A stretch of 64,000 nucleotides of DNA from Candidatus Bathyarchaeia archaeon (GCA_049516875.1 JBEKSS010000002.1:1-64000), one strand, 5' to 3'; numbered from the stretch's first letter, positions 49,476 to 60,434 are shown. The notes: generated by a model not told the origin, from the sequence alone. A program made the numbers and translations.

Positions 49476-50960
49476 GTGTGTTTGGAAGACAAGATAATCC
49501 TAACTGCCGACAGTACCCTGATGAGTGATTATCATCATAACGAGTTTCTGGGTTTCGGAACATGCGCTCCATCAAATTTCATCCCGGACTTCCTGTATGA
49601 ACAACTCTTCTTTCCAGCAATTAAAACAAAAAGTGGTGCACCAGTTGAAGCGCCTTACGGGCTGAGAAAAATAGAGGCTCAGCTCGTGAGAGAAGGTTTC
49701 AACGTTTCGACGGTGGCGCCAGACCATCTTAAATCATGCGTAAAAGAGGCGAAGGTGCTTGGCATTCACGTGATGGACCCTTTCGGTTTAGGTCCTGCAT
49801 CAAGCACGTTAGCAGCCATCATGAAGAAAGAACCGTTCTTGGCCAGACACTTTCGCGAGCTGCTGGGTTCTTCAGAAATCAGGGAGGCAAAGAAGCGGGG
49901 CTTGAAAATCATCGTGGGCGGTCCTGGTGTTTGGCAGATGCACTACAGGCCAAACTTCGTCAAGAATTATGGGATAGACTGTATAATTGAGGGAGAAGCT
50001 GAAAACGTCGTTGGAAAAATCTTCAAAGCAGCAATCAACGGTGCAGACCTTCCTGCTAGTTATGAGACAAGCGTTCAAGAGACGCCAAGCTTAGACGAGA
50101 TACCTGAAATCGTCGGGCCTTCTGTTAACGGTTTGGTAGAAATCGGGCGTGGATGTTGCCGAGGATGCAGCTTCTGCAGCGTGACTCTGAGGCCGCTTCG
50201 ATGGTTTCCGATTGAGAAAATACTCAAGGAGATAGAAGTGAACCTCACAGCCAACGTTGGAGGAGTAATCCTTCACACTGACGACGTCATGCTCTACGGC
50301 TCAAAGAACACTCTACCAGACGACGAGAAACTCTTCAAACTCAACGAAACAGTCCTGAAGAAATGCAACAGCATATCGTGGAGTCACTGTTCAATAGCAG
50401 CTGTAGCCTCAAAACCGAAACTCTTCGCGAAAGTGGCTGAGCTAGTCCGCCAGAAACAGCCTTGGTGGGGCGCCGAAATAGGACTGGAAACAGGTTCCCC
50501 AGAACTTGCCAAAAAAATCATGCCGGCAAAAGCTCACCCGTTCAAACCAGAAGACTGGCCTGAAGTCGTGCGGACCGGCATGGGACTGATGCACGATAAC
50601 ATGCTCGTTCCAGCCTTAACGCTCATTGTAGGAGTTCCAGAAGAAACGGAGAACGACTTAATAAAAACGATAGAACTAATGGATGACTTGAAAGCCTTCA
50701 GAAGCCTAATAGTTCCTCTGTTTTTCGTTCCGATGGGCAGGCTCAAGGACGAGGACTGGTTCAGAGACACACATATGACGAGGCTACATTATGAGCTGCT
50801 GACAAAGTGTGTGGAACACGACCTCTACTGGATGGGCAATTTGATAAGCATGGGCTTTTCCAGCAACTGGAGAGAACGCGTCATAAGCCCCTTCTACAGG
50901 CTCTTCGTGAGCATAACCAAGTACAAATTGAGACAGGCCGGCATCAACGTAAAGCTGTAA
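49476..50960 (+). CDS. radical SAM protein with B12-binding-like N-terminal domain
   Basis: APYGLRKIEA, IIVGGPG, GEAE, GRGCCRGCSFC (CxxxCxxC) and GLETGS. Confidence 0.88.
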   Translation: MCLEDKIILTADSTLMSDYHHNEFLGFGTCAPSNFIPDFLYEQLFFPAIKTKSGAPVEAPYGLRKIEAQLVREGFNVSTVAPDHLKSCVKEAKVLGIHVMDPFGLGPASSTLAAIMKKEPFLARHFRELLGSSEIREAKKRGLKIIVGGPGVWQMHYRPNFVKNYGIDCIIEGEAENVVGKIFKAAINGADLPASYETSVQETPSLDEIPEIVGPSVNGLVEIGRGCCRGCSFCSVTLRPLRWFPIEKILKEIEVNLTANVGGVILHTDDVMLYGSKNTLPDDEKLFKLNETVLKKCNSISWSHCSIAAVASKPKLFAKVAELVRQKQPWWGAEIGLETGSPELAKKIMPAKAHPFKPEDWPEVVRTGMGLMHDNMLVPALTLIVGVPEETENDLIKTIELMDDLKAFRSLIVPLFFVPMGRLKDEDWFRDTHMTRLHYELLTKCVEHDLYWMGNLISMGFSSNWRERVISPFYRLFVSITKYKLRQAGINVKL

Positions 50961-51013
50961 ATGACTAAACTTAAATACAGCCACAAAATTCAAAGCTTGT
51001 AAGTCTGAAAAGA

Positions 51014-51090
51014 GCCGCCGTAGCTCAGCTAGGTAGAGCGGCTGGCTGTTAACCAGTCGGTCATAGGTTCAAGTCCTATCGGCGGCGCCA
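51014..51090 (+). tRNA. tRNA-Asn(GTT)
   Basis: GCCGCCG acceptor stem, anticodon loop CT-GTT-AA, GGTTCAAGTCC and encoded CCA. Confidence 0.97.
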
Positions 51091-51638
51091 CACACAAACC
51101 GAGGACTACCGACCTTTTCGCCTTCCAACCCAACTTTTTCCTATCTTTTTCTAGCTCTGCAGAGAGGTTTATTTGAGGTTCCAACTAAACAAAACATCAT
51201 ACGACTCTGCCCCGTTTTCGCCTAGACCCCCTAGTTTTTTGCTTGCATGAAGCCTCCGACGTATCATAGTTTGTGGTATCAGAACCCTTAGACTATGCCG
51301 CGCGTCGGGTTTGTGCCTACGACGAAAGGTGATGTCACCCCAACCCCCTTTTTCCACCCAGAAAGGAATGGTCTGTGCATAGGTTGCTAAACATCAACCT
51401 ATTGAACTGTGGAGACCGCTGGGCGCGCGCTTCAATCGTCCTCATTCATTCTAGTCTACGATATTGTTTCATAATGGGACTACACGAGAATATCGGTCTG
51501 CCTAACGCTACGTAGACATAGCACAGCACTGAACGACAAGTAAATATCATAGATGTCGATTCGTGGTTAGTATACCTTATTATCAACTGGAACAAACACT
51601 TTAAATCTCAGCCGTTTGGAAAAGGGAAAGAGGGTCAA

Positions 51639-52008
51639 TATGGACCAAGAAGGAAAGGAAGAATATACCGAATTCCTCAACCTCATAAAGATATTCATTT
51701 CCATGCTTAGCGAGAACGGTAAGTTGATTACGAAGATGGGAGAAATAGAGAAGAGATTTCCGAACGAATTCAAGATGATGAAAGAGTTCTCTCCGGAGAG
51801 ACTTGATGCTTTTGTGGAAAAAGCACCACCTGAGATTGCAGGCCTGTTCCTGAAAATAATGCTCAGGGCGGCGGCTATGGGGCCAAAGACTAGTAGAGCC
51901 ATGGAACTGCCGGCTGAAGAAAAACTCGAACTTGGGAAGCAGATAAACGAGCTCGTCAAAGATCTAGAAATCCTCTTGAAAAAAGTTGAAGAGGAGAGTA
52001 AGAAATGA
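51639..52008 (+). CDS. hypothetical helical protein (island)
   Basis: First of three translationally coupled ORFs, with ATG at 51639 (ORF-track start 51616). Confidence 0.7.
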
Positions 52009-52376
52009 GCCTAGAACCACAACAACTGTTTTCAGGGTTATGGTCATCAATCAGAGAAGGACTAATCTCGATGTTTTTCCCGTCTGATTTGTTGCACCCG
52101 ATAGAAAAGGCGGCACAGTACATTTCCACAAAGTTCGAACAGAATGTTGTTCTGGAAACAGATATGATTCTCAAACAAACAACGCTGAAAACCATCATAG
52201 GACCAGAAGATCACTATCAGAGACTATGCCTCAGATCTCTTGCAGGTCTTCCCGCGATTCCTAGGACCATTAACGAAAACCCTGTAAGCGTGACAGACCT
52301 CAAAGGTTGCTTATCTTGGGTCTCAAAAGGCAAGATCGATGTAACTGAACTTATCCGAGAAATCCGGGATAGCTAA
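52005..52376 (+). CDS. putative antitoxin
   Basis: C-terminal KIDVTELIREIRD resembles archaeal VapB-type tails. Its stop overlaps the PIN start (TAATG). Confidence 0.55.
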   Translation: MSLEPQQLFSGLWSSIREGLISMFFPSDLLHPIEKAAQYISTKFEQNVVLETDMILKQTTLKTIIGPEDHYQRLCLRSLAGLPAIPRTINENPVSVTDLKGCLSWVSKGKIDVTELIREIRDS

Positions 52377-53026
52377 TGACCGATTCTGCACCAGTGAGAA
52401 TCTATCCGGATACCAACATTCTTGTCTCGTATTCATTAGGGGATTCAGATGAGAACTTTGAACTTGCTGAAAAGCTGTTCGAAGAAGTCCAGAATAACAA
52501 ATACATGATGGTGGTCTCCAATTTCACCCTAATGGAGACTCTGCATGCGCTTCGGACAATAGTCACGAAAATGAAATATCAAGAACTTGACAACAGCCCA
52601 TCTCAAGGCGATTTGATACAAATCGCAAACTCAAAACCTTTCGAAGAAACTGTACACAAAGAGAGCATGAAGGCCTTCAGCACGATCATCGACAAGATAA
52701 CGAAAGACACACAACACTTCAGTTTCGAACCAGACGGCTTAACATACCCAAACGAAACATTTGCGGCAGGTCTCCCCTTGCTGTTGGCAACCAAAGGATC
52801 TTTTCGCGTATACAGGTTTCGCTGCCAGAAATGCAACAGCTATCTGAAATGCTCTTCCTGCAGAGTTGATAGCGAGATTGTCTATAAGGAAGCAAATGCT
52901 CCAGATCTAGTTCACCTATTGATATCAGAGCGGCTCGGATGCAAACTGTTTTTCACCATGGACAAATCCTTCGCAAACATACCCATTAAAGATGGGCGAG
53001 TGAAGATAGAAGTATTAGCAAAGTGA
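52376..53026 (+). CDS. PIN-domain (VapC-like) nuclease with inserted zinc finger
   Basis: IYPDTNILV, SNFTLMET, DLVHL and FFTMDK motifs with inserted CQKC-x4-CSSC. Confidence 0.85.
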   Translation: MTDSAPVRIYPDTNILVSYSLGDSDENFELAEKLFEEVQNNKYMMVVSNFTLMETLHALRTIVTKMKYQELDNSPSQGDLIQIANSKPFEETVHKESMKAFSTIIDKITKDTQHFSFEPDGLTYPNETFAAGLPLLLATKGSFRVYRFRCQKCNSYLKCSSCRVDSEIVYKEANAPDLVHLLISERLGCKLFFTMDKSFANIPIKDGRVKIEVLAK

Positions 53027-53388
53027 ACGCACGACAGATGAACCTGTCATAAGGAAACGCTTTGCCGACAACAAATAGAAAAAAGAGGATATGCAGGAGA
53101 CTTCACCACTTTTCTTGAGTTCAAGTCCTATCGGCGGCGCCACGCCTCTGTTCTTTGGTGTTCCAGAAGGACATTTAGCACACACCAGCTCCGCGCGAGC
53201 GAACTTGCACGGGGGCCAACAGGATTGCCTCCACGACATAACACGCGCATCTACAAAGTCTCCCGTCTGTTCCTAATGACCATCCACGGTCAGTGCTAGC
53301 CCTCGTTCAAACACGCGCTCTAGGTCAACATGAAAGCCGATTAGCAACCAACTCTGTGTGCATCATGCCATACGGCAAAGTGTTGATG

Positions 53389-53450
53389 GTTTTGACACTC
53401 AAAGAAATCACGGATTGAGTACTCAAACACAAGGGCTCGAAACCCAACAT
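53389..53450. repeat. 62-bp double-palindrome repeat, copy 1
   Basis: GTTTTGACACTCAAAGAAATCACGGATTGAGTACTCAAACACAAGGGCTCGAAACCCAACAT, matching copy 2 at 58 of 62 nt. Confidence 0.9.
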
Positions 53451-53491
53451 TAAACCCCACGAGAAGTATGTTGACGCGCCATAATCATGGG

Positions 53492-54439
<948 letters not shown>

Positions 54440-54546
54440 CTACTAGATAACCCTTGTCAACAACGCAAAACCGCGCGGCCAGGGCAAGGGTTAAAGTCTT
54501 TTATTCGTGTTCCGATCATAAGCCTTCTCTCAGAGGGAAATCTGGC

Positions 54547-55011
54547 TTGAGCGAAACAGAGCTGCGGGTTTCCAAAATCAGAGACGGCACGGTAATCGAT
54601 CACATCACCGGCGGCCACGCCCTAGACGTTGCCAAAATCCTGGGAATAACGGGCCGCGAGAAAGGACCCATAACCATAGCCATCAACGTTCCAAGCAAAC
54701 GGTTCAGAACAAAGGACATCCTCAAAATCGAGGGCAGAGAACTCAACCCTCAGGAAGTGCACAAAATCGCCCTCATAGCGCCACACGCGACCATCAACAT
54801 CGTCCGCAACTACAAGGTGATAAAAAAACAAGAAGTCAAGCTGCCGAAGACCATAGAGAACATCATCAAGTGCGCGAACCCCGCTTGCATAAGCAACAGC
54901 AACGAGCCTGTTAAACCCAAATTCTACGTTGAATCCGAGGATCCCCTGTTGCTGAAGTGTCATTACTGCGGCAACATCATCGAGAAAAAGGATTTACTCC
55001 AACAGTTCTAG
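54547..55011 (+). CDS. pyrI: aspartate carbamoyltransferase regulatory subunit
   Basis: GTVIDHI, KDILKIE, CANPACIS and CHYC motifs. Confidence 0.96.
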   Translation: MSETELRVSKIRDGTVIDHITGGHALDVAKILGITGREKGPITIAINVPSKRFRTKDILKIEGRELNPQEVHKIALIAPHATINIVRNYKVIKKQEVKLPKTIENIIKCANPACISNSNEPVKPKFYVESEDPLLLKCHYCGNIIEKKDLLQQF

Positions 55012-55133
55012 CCTCCAACGAGAATCCAACTCGACGAAACGTTTATATCGTAAGATAGCATATTGTATAAGTGGATAGGTCTGGAAACAGACATATTGTA
55101 TCCGTGGAGAACACAAATACAGATGGTGAAAAC

Positions 55134-55472
55134 ATGTATGAACTGTTTACCTCCAATCTGTGGATCCTCACGCCCACGACGTGGGTGTGTTTCACAATGT
55201 ACCTAGGATGGTACTTCACGAGGGCAAAACGTTTTTCCCCAGTAACCCCGGCAGAAGCAAGACAGCTATGGACCATTCACAAACAGACTGCGCACTGTGA
55301 AGGCAAGAAGTGGCGGCGGGTGAAGAACGGAAACCAAACCGTGGGTTTCCAGTGCGAATGCGGATACAGACACGTGCAGAAAAAGCCGCTAATTACTCAC
55401 GCGCCTGCCACTCTGAACACCCCCGAAATCTCCGCTTTCGACAGGCTACACACCTCACACAAATCAGCATAA
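55134..55472 (+). CDS. hypothetical membrane-anchored protein with possible zinc site
   Basis: N-terminal hydrophobic segment, H..C and CECG, with GGTGA SD before the ATG. Confidence 0.65.
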   Translation: MYELFTSNLWILTPTTWVCFTMYLGWYFTRAKRFSPVTPAEARQLWTIHKQTAHCEGKKWRRVKNGNQTVGFQCECGYRHVQKKPLITHAPATLNTPEISAFDRLHTSHKSA

Positions 55473-55639
55473 GCCTTCACCCGAGCAAGAACGGGCAACC
55501 ATGATGACACAGCGAGAGCAGCGCGCTTAATGACCAAAAACCAGGCTTTGTTCTAACTTCAGCTACGAAACAGCCGCTGCGACGTCTATGGAACACGGCC
55601 GGTTCGGCAACGGTGACTCGCCGTAACTCCCCTTGCCAT

Positions 55640-56110
55640 CTAGGCACCGAGTTGCCGGCAGGCTCGCCTAAACAGTCCTTCAAAGTAGTCTTTTTCCAGC
55701 TTCTTGCCCTCACCTATTCCGGGGCATTCCTGTGTGCAGAAGAATCCGTGTTTTCCGTCCTTCATTCCTCTCAGCTCGAACGGGTAGAAAACGCACACCA
55801 AAGGCCTAAGCTCGTAAACACTGCAGTTTCTTCCCTCAAGAAAAAAACATTTTCCCTCTTCACCAGTTTTTCTCATCTCGTAAACGTAAGGCTCTTGGCC
55901 CTCGATCTCCACCGCAAACGTCTCAACCGGCTTCAGAACGGCCTTCGAGATTGCCTGAGCCTCTCCCCACAAGAGCAGAACATGCCTCCTTCGACTCTTC
56001 GTGTCTCCACAACAAAGCGCACACCTCGTGCATTGAAAACACACATCTCTGGGATAGCTAAAACCCGCTCTCCCCCGCGATGTCACGCACTCACGACTCA
56101 AGGCTCTCAC
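55640..56110 (-). CDS. YkgJ-family cysteine-cluster protein
   Basis: CTRCALCC, CFFL, CSVYELRPLVC..YPF and CPGIG motifs. Confidence 0.88.
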   Translation of the reverse strand: MRALSRECVTSRGRAGFSYPRDVCFQCTRCALCCGDTKSRRRHVLLLWGEAQAISKAVLKPVETFAVEIEGQEPYVYEMRKTGEEGKCFFLEGRNCSVYELRPLVCVFYPFELRGMKDGKHGFFCTQECPGIGEGKKLEKDYFEGLFRRACRQLGA

Positions 56111-56291
56111 AACTCAAGTTCAAGTTTCCGGTCTTGCGCAGCCGACAGCGTTCTATTGAAAACCGCAGATATATACCTTCAACCCAAAGCAAAACACCCG
56201 TAGCAGCGCAAGAGCAGTCCACGCTTCACATCAACATCAAAGCCAATCAGCAACAATCCTGCTCGCGCCTCAAGCGCAGAAGGCCGTTCAC

Positions 56292-56353
56292 GTTTTGAGA
56301 CTCAAAGAAATCACGGATTGAGTACTCAAACACAAGGACTCAAAACACAACAT
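56292..56353. repeat. 62-bp double-palindrome repeat, copy 2
   Basis: GTTTTGAGACTCAAAGAAATCACGGATTGAGTACTCAAACACAAGGACTCAAAACACAACAT. Confidence 0.9.
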
Positions 56354-56391
56354 ACCCACAACCAAAAAACAACATCGCACAAACAGCAGAA

Positions 56392-56469
56392 TGGTGGGGC
56401 TGCCCGGATTTGAACCGGGGTCACGAACGCCCGAGGCTCATAGCCTAGACCAAACTAGCCGACAGCCCC
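56392..56469 (-). tRNA. tRNA-Pro(CGG)
   Basis: GGGGCTG acceptor stem, anticodon CGG, GGTTCAAATCC and encoded CCA. Confidence 0.93.
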
Positions 56470-56578
56470 AAACCCTTCACCCATTCCTATTTCCAAAACC
56501 ACAAAATAAGCCTATCCCAACACCTTTAAACCCCACACACCCAAAATAGTACACCCCCACCACCACAGAGGCCAAACC

Positions 56579-58771
56579 TTGTCCGCCAGCCACCGCACCC
56601 ACGGAATCAAAATCCTCAAAGCCATAGGCTCACCCCTAAGACTGCAAATCCTGAACCTCCTTTTCGACAAAGGCTCCCTCAGCTACACGGAACTCATGAG
56701 CAACTTGAAAATGAACCCAAGCAGAGACGCAGGAAGATTCGCCTACCACCTCAAATTCCTCCTCAAAGCAGACCTCATCGAAGCCATCGTCGACCAAAAA
56801 AAATACGGCCTAACCGACCTCGGCAAAATGGTCATCGACGTCGCCGACAGAATAGACAAAAAAGCCTACAAAACAAAAAACACACTCATCCGCGCCAGTA
56901 GATCAGCCATAGAAGAATTCGACGCCAACAAAATCGCAAACGCACTAATAAAAGAAGCCAAAATGCCCCCCGAACAAGCACAAAAAATAGCCAAAGAAGC
57001 CGAAACCCAACTCCTCAAATCCAAAACCAAATACCTAACCACCCCACTCGTGAGAGAACTCGTAAACGCCATCCTCATCGAAAAAGGCCTCGAAGAATAC
57101 CGAAACAAACTCACACGCCTCGGAATACCCGTCCACGACGTCACCAACCTCCTACACACACAGCAACAACCAACAAGCCCGCTGGAAGCAGCAGGACAAA
57201 CAGTCTTCAAAGAATACACACTCCTGAACACGTTGCCAAGAGACATCGCAGACGCCCACCTCTCAGGCGCCCTACACATCAACAACCTCAGCACATGGAT
57301 ACTCAAACCCACAGAAACCGTACACGACATCAGATTCTTCCTACAAAACGGCCTAAACCTAGAAACAATCAACCCCACCCAAACCAACCAACCCCCACCC
57401 CACAACCTGGACACAGCCCTAACAACACTCTTCAACGTCCTCCTCCACTCACAAAAAGAAACAGAAACAACCCAAACACTCGAATACTTCAACACCCTCC
57501 TCGGCCCATACACAAAAAACCAGGAACCAGCAAAAACAAAAGAAGCACTGCACCAGTTCATAACAAACCTAAGCCAACACACAGACACCGCCATAAGCCT
57601 AGAACTCACGACACCAGGCTTTTTAGCCGAAAAAACCGCCATCGCACCAGACGGCAAACAAGCCGGCAAGTACGCGGACTACACGGAAGAAACCCAGCAG
57701 CTAGCATCACTGCTCCTGGACACATTCACCGAAGAAAGCGCTCAAAAACCGTTGGTCAACCCCAAACTCATCATCAAAATACGCCCAGAAACACTCAAAG
57801 ACGAAACAGCAAAAGCCACACTCCTCAAAGCCCACGCACTTGTAGCACACAACGGCACACCATACTTCGCCAGCTTAACAGAGCATAAACAAACAGTCCA
57901 CACCCCTTCAGGGTTCAAACTGGACGCCGAAGCAGACGACGACTGGGAAATCGACACTCTCCGCACCGGACTCCTGGGCACTGTAACAGTAAACGTGCCA
58001 CGTGTAGCCTACGAATCTGGAAACGACAAGACAAAGTTCCTCGAAACGCTCAAGGAAAGACTTGAAATGGCAAACCGCGCCCTGGAAATCAAACACCAAG
58101 CCCTAAGACAACACGGCAAGAACCTGCTCCCATTCCTCATGCAGAACACCGACGGCGACCAGTACTTCAGACTCGAAAAAAGCATACACACGATAAACCT
58201 GGCAGGACTGACAGAAGCCGCAGAAGCCTTCACGGGCAAGAGCATCGAAGACGAGAAAACCGTAGCCTTCGTCCAAGAAACCGCACAGAACATCACAACG
58301 TTCATAAACAAAATCGGAAGAAAACGCGGAAAACACCTGTACGCAGCAACGATGCCAAACCCCGAAGCCTCAGCAAGACTGGCACAACTGGACATCGAAA
58401 GATACGGAATCGCAAGAGTCCACTTCTCAGGCACAAGAGACAAACCCTACTACTCCACAACAGACACAGTCACACTCAAGAACGGCAACATCCCCCAACA
58501 ACCCCAAACGACGAGGAGCAGAACAAGCCAAACACGCACGGGCGGAAACCTAACGCTGATCGAACTCGACGAGACACAACACGAACCAGAACAGCTTCTT
58601 TCGGTAACTAGGCAACTCGTAGAAAACCGCAACATGGAATTCTTCACCTACAACCGCAAAACAACCTACTGCACAAACTGCAAAAAAACTTGGCCCGGCC
58701 AGGCACACAAGTGCCCCCAATGCAACGCCGTGAGCACACTCACGTACTACGACAGATCCGACCAAACCTAG
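56579..58771 (+). CDS. wHTH + ATP-cone + catalytically inactive class III ribonucleotide reductase (NrdD-like) fusion
   Basis: N-terminal wHTH (SPLRLQIL..SYTELM..GRFAYHL), ATP-cone (FDANKI..LVRELV) and NrdD motifs (PRDIADAHLSG.LHI, RTG.LG.VTVN.PR, RLA.LD, PYY, CxxC..CPxC). No RxxGY motif. Confidence 0.85.
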   Translation: MSASHRTHGIKILKAIGSPLRLQILNLLFDKGSLSYTELMSNLKMNPSRDAGRFAYHLKFLLKADLIEAIVDQKKYGLTDLGKMVIDVADRIDKKAYKTKNTLIRASRSAIEEFDANKIANALIKEAKMPPEQAQKIAKEAETQLLKSKTKYLTTPLVRELVNAILIEKGLEEYRNKLTRLGIPVHDVTNLLHTQQQPTSPLEAAGQTVFKEYTLLNTLPRDIADAHLSGALHINNLSTWILKPTETVHDIRFFLQNGLNLETINPTQTNQPPPHNLDTALTTLFNVLLHSQKETETTQTLEYFNTLLGPYTKNQEPAKTKEALHQFITNLSQHTDTAISLELTTPGFLAEKTAIAPDGKQAGKYADYTEETQQLASLLLDTFTEESAQKPLVNPKLIIKIRPETLKDETAKATLLKAHALVAHNGTPYFASLTEHKQTVHTPSGFKLDAEADDDWEIDTLRTGLLGTVTVNVPRVAYESGNDKTKFLETLKERLEMANRALEIKHQALRQHGKNLLPFLMQNTDGDQYFRLEKSIHTINLAGLTEAAEAFTGKSIEDEKTVAFVQETAQNITTFINKIGRKRGKHLYAATMPNPEASARLAQLDIERYGIARVHFSGTRDKPYYSTTDTVTLKNGNIPQQPQTTRSRTSQTRTGGNLTLIELDETQHEPEQLLSVTRQLVENRNMEFFTYNRKTTYCTNCKKTWPGQAHKCPQCNAVSTLTYYDRSDQT

Positions 58772-58805
58772 ATAGTAGTGTTCTGCATTGTAACCTTCTG
58801 CTGGT

Positions 58806-59107
58806 ATGTTGGCTTGTGAGCCCTTTTGTTTGAGTGCTCAATCCGTGATTTCTTTGAGACTCAAAACATTGTTGAAGCATGTTGGTTTGAAGCTTTTTTT
58901 ACTCAATTCTGCCTGGTTTTTGAGTGTCAAAAGTTTCGGCATGCTGAGTTTCTCATGTTAGAGTCGGAGGCCTTGCGTTTGAGTACTCGATGCGTGATTT
59001 TTTTGGGTGTCAAAAGTGGGTTTCGATGTTTGCTCGTGCGTGTTGCATGTTGGGTTTTAGGCTTCTGGCTTTGAGGTTCAATTCGTGGTTTCTTTGGGTG
59101 TTAAAGG
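58806..59107. repeat. tandem array of four degenerate 62-bp repeat units, inverted relative to copies 1-2
   Basis: Units at 58806-58867, 58879-58933, 58955-59016 and 59047-59107. Each starts ATGTT and ends with a TTTG(A/G)G..T(C/T)AAA-like motif. Confidence 0.85.
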
Positions 59108-59144
59108 CGGGTGGTTTTCTGTTTGTTGGTGTTTTGGGTGTGGG

Positions 59145-60062
59145 TTATCTTGTTTTTGCGGGTGGTTTGGATTTTTTTATGGCGAGGTAGATGGTTGTGG
59201 CTGCTAGGATGATGGTTGATGTTATGAGGGTGTAGTTGATGTTTGTGCTGAGGGCTTGTTGGCCGCGAGCGGCGTCGTAGTTTGCTGTGAGGCTTGTGTA
59301 GCTTGAGTTTAGTGCGTTGTAGTATTGTGTTAGGTTGTTGTAGTTGGAGTTGAGGGATTGGAGGCTGTTTTGTAGGCTGGTGTAGTTTGCCAGTAGTGCG
59401 TTGAATGTTGTGTGGAGGCTGTTGTAGTTTGTTTCTTGTGAGTTGTAGTTGGCTGCTAGTGAATTGTAGTTTGCGGTTAGGCTGTTGTAGTTGGCGAGTA
59501 GTGTGTTGTAGCTCAGGTTGAGTTGGTTGGTCTGGCTGAGAAGGTTGGCGTAGGCTGTTGAGGTTTCGTTGAAGTTGGTGAGTAGCTGGGTGTAGTTGGC
59601 GAGTAGGTTGGTGTAGTCGGTGAGCAGGGAGTTGTAGGTGGCGTTCAGGGTCGTGTATTCTGGGGATGGGACGAATTCTGTTATTGTGAAGGTGAAGTTG
59701 AAGCTTACTGGGCCGTAGTTGAAGATGGATGAGTCTACTCGGATGGTGTGGTTTCCCACGTTGGACAGCGGAGGCTCGGTAGGGACTGTCAGGTTGTAGT
59801 TGTAGGAGCCGTCTGCTCCTAGCGCGCCCTGCTGGTTGAGGGCTACGGTGGTGTCGTCCCAGAAGATGTCGGCTGTCTGGACGTTGCCCACGCTTGCGTT
59901 TGTCGTGGTGAATCTGAGGAGGATGATCGTGGTGGCTGTCCCTTGTGAAGGAAGTATTTCTGCCTCTATCGGGCTGCCCTGGGCTCTCACTTGCATCGCC
60001 GTTAAGCCTATCAGAGATATGAGAACGAAAATTGCCATCAATGTCTTGTAAGGTTTGTTCAT
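59145..60062 (-). CDS. surface protein with signal peptide, beta-rich domain, Asn/Tyr heptad coiled-coil stalk and C-terminal TM anchor
   Basis: Repeated NYNSL.A heptads, many NxS/T sequons, and a TM helix followed by a KKSK tail. Confidence 0.85.
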   Translation of the reverse strand: MNKPYKTLMAIFVLISLIGLTAMQVRAQGSPIEAEILPSQGTATTIILLRFTTTNASVGNVQTADIFWDDTTVALNQQGALGADGSYNYNLTVPTEPPLSNVGNHTIRVDSSIFNYGPVSFNFTFTITEFVPSPEYTTLNATYNSLLTDYTNLLANYTQLLTNFNETSTAYANLLSQTNQLNLSYNTLLANYNSLTANYNSLAANYNSQETNYNSLHTTFNALLANYTSLQNSLQSLNSNYNNLTQYYNALNSSYTSLTANYDAARGQQALSTNINYTLITSTIILAATTIYLAIKKSKPPAKTR

Positions 60063-60434
60063 GGTCCTTGGCTCCGTATTCTAAGCGTATGAACTCATGT
60101 TATAGTTAAGGGTTCTATTTTGTTTTCGGTTCATGTTCGACCATCCTAAGTCTCATGTGACCTTGCTTTTGCCAAGTAGAGTAGCCTTTGCTTGATTGTC
60201 AGGCGGTTTTGTCGCGCCTTGTCGGGAGAAGCTCGTTATTCTCGTGGAGGTTGAGCTGCAACCTATCTTCCGTTTTGATGTATCGGAGGGTTGTTCTTGG
60301 CTACCATGCTTCGGAGCGCGCGCTATCCATCGATCGTTATTGGTCCTTGAAGTCGGAGGAAGATTATTAAGCGCGCTAGATCTTTGAAAACTGGGAAAAA
60401 CTAGGTTATTTGTAAAACGATTCGGGTTTGAAGG

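Larger units (their letters stand above)
51067..53143. mobile_element. 2-kb integrated element at tRNA-Asn flanked by attL and attR
   Basis: A perfect 25-bp direct repeat, GTTCAAGTCCTATCGGCGGCGCCAC, occurs at 51067-51091 and 53119-53143. Confidence 0.85.

Noticed and set aside
51100-51560. Integrase remnant in the tRNA-Asn island
   Set aside because: No tyrosine-recombinase R-H-R-Y motifs were recognisable by eye, although a translated HMM search could still find a decayed fragment.
53119-53143. Second tRNA-Asn or a split tRNA half
   Set aside because: Only the T-loop to CCA segment is present, which is typical of an attR duplication.
56866-58443. Long alternative-frame and antisense ORFs within the NrdD-like gene
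   Set aside because: They are explained by stop-codon depletion under the extreme A/C bias and carry no motifs.
56579-58771. Functional anaerobic ribonucleotide reductase (nrdD)
   Set aside because: There is no glycyl-radical motif, no active-site cysteine and no adjacent activase, so the gene symbol was withheld.
58806-59107. CRISPR array
   Set aside because: Units are about 62 bp and degenerate, gaps are irregular (11, 21 and 30 nt), solitary copies exist elsewhere, and no cas genes are present.
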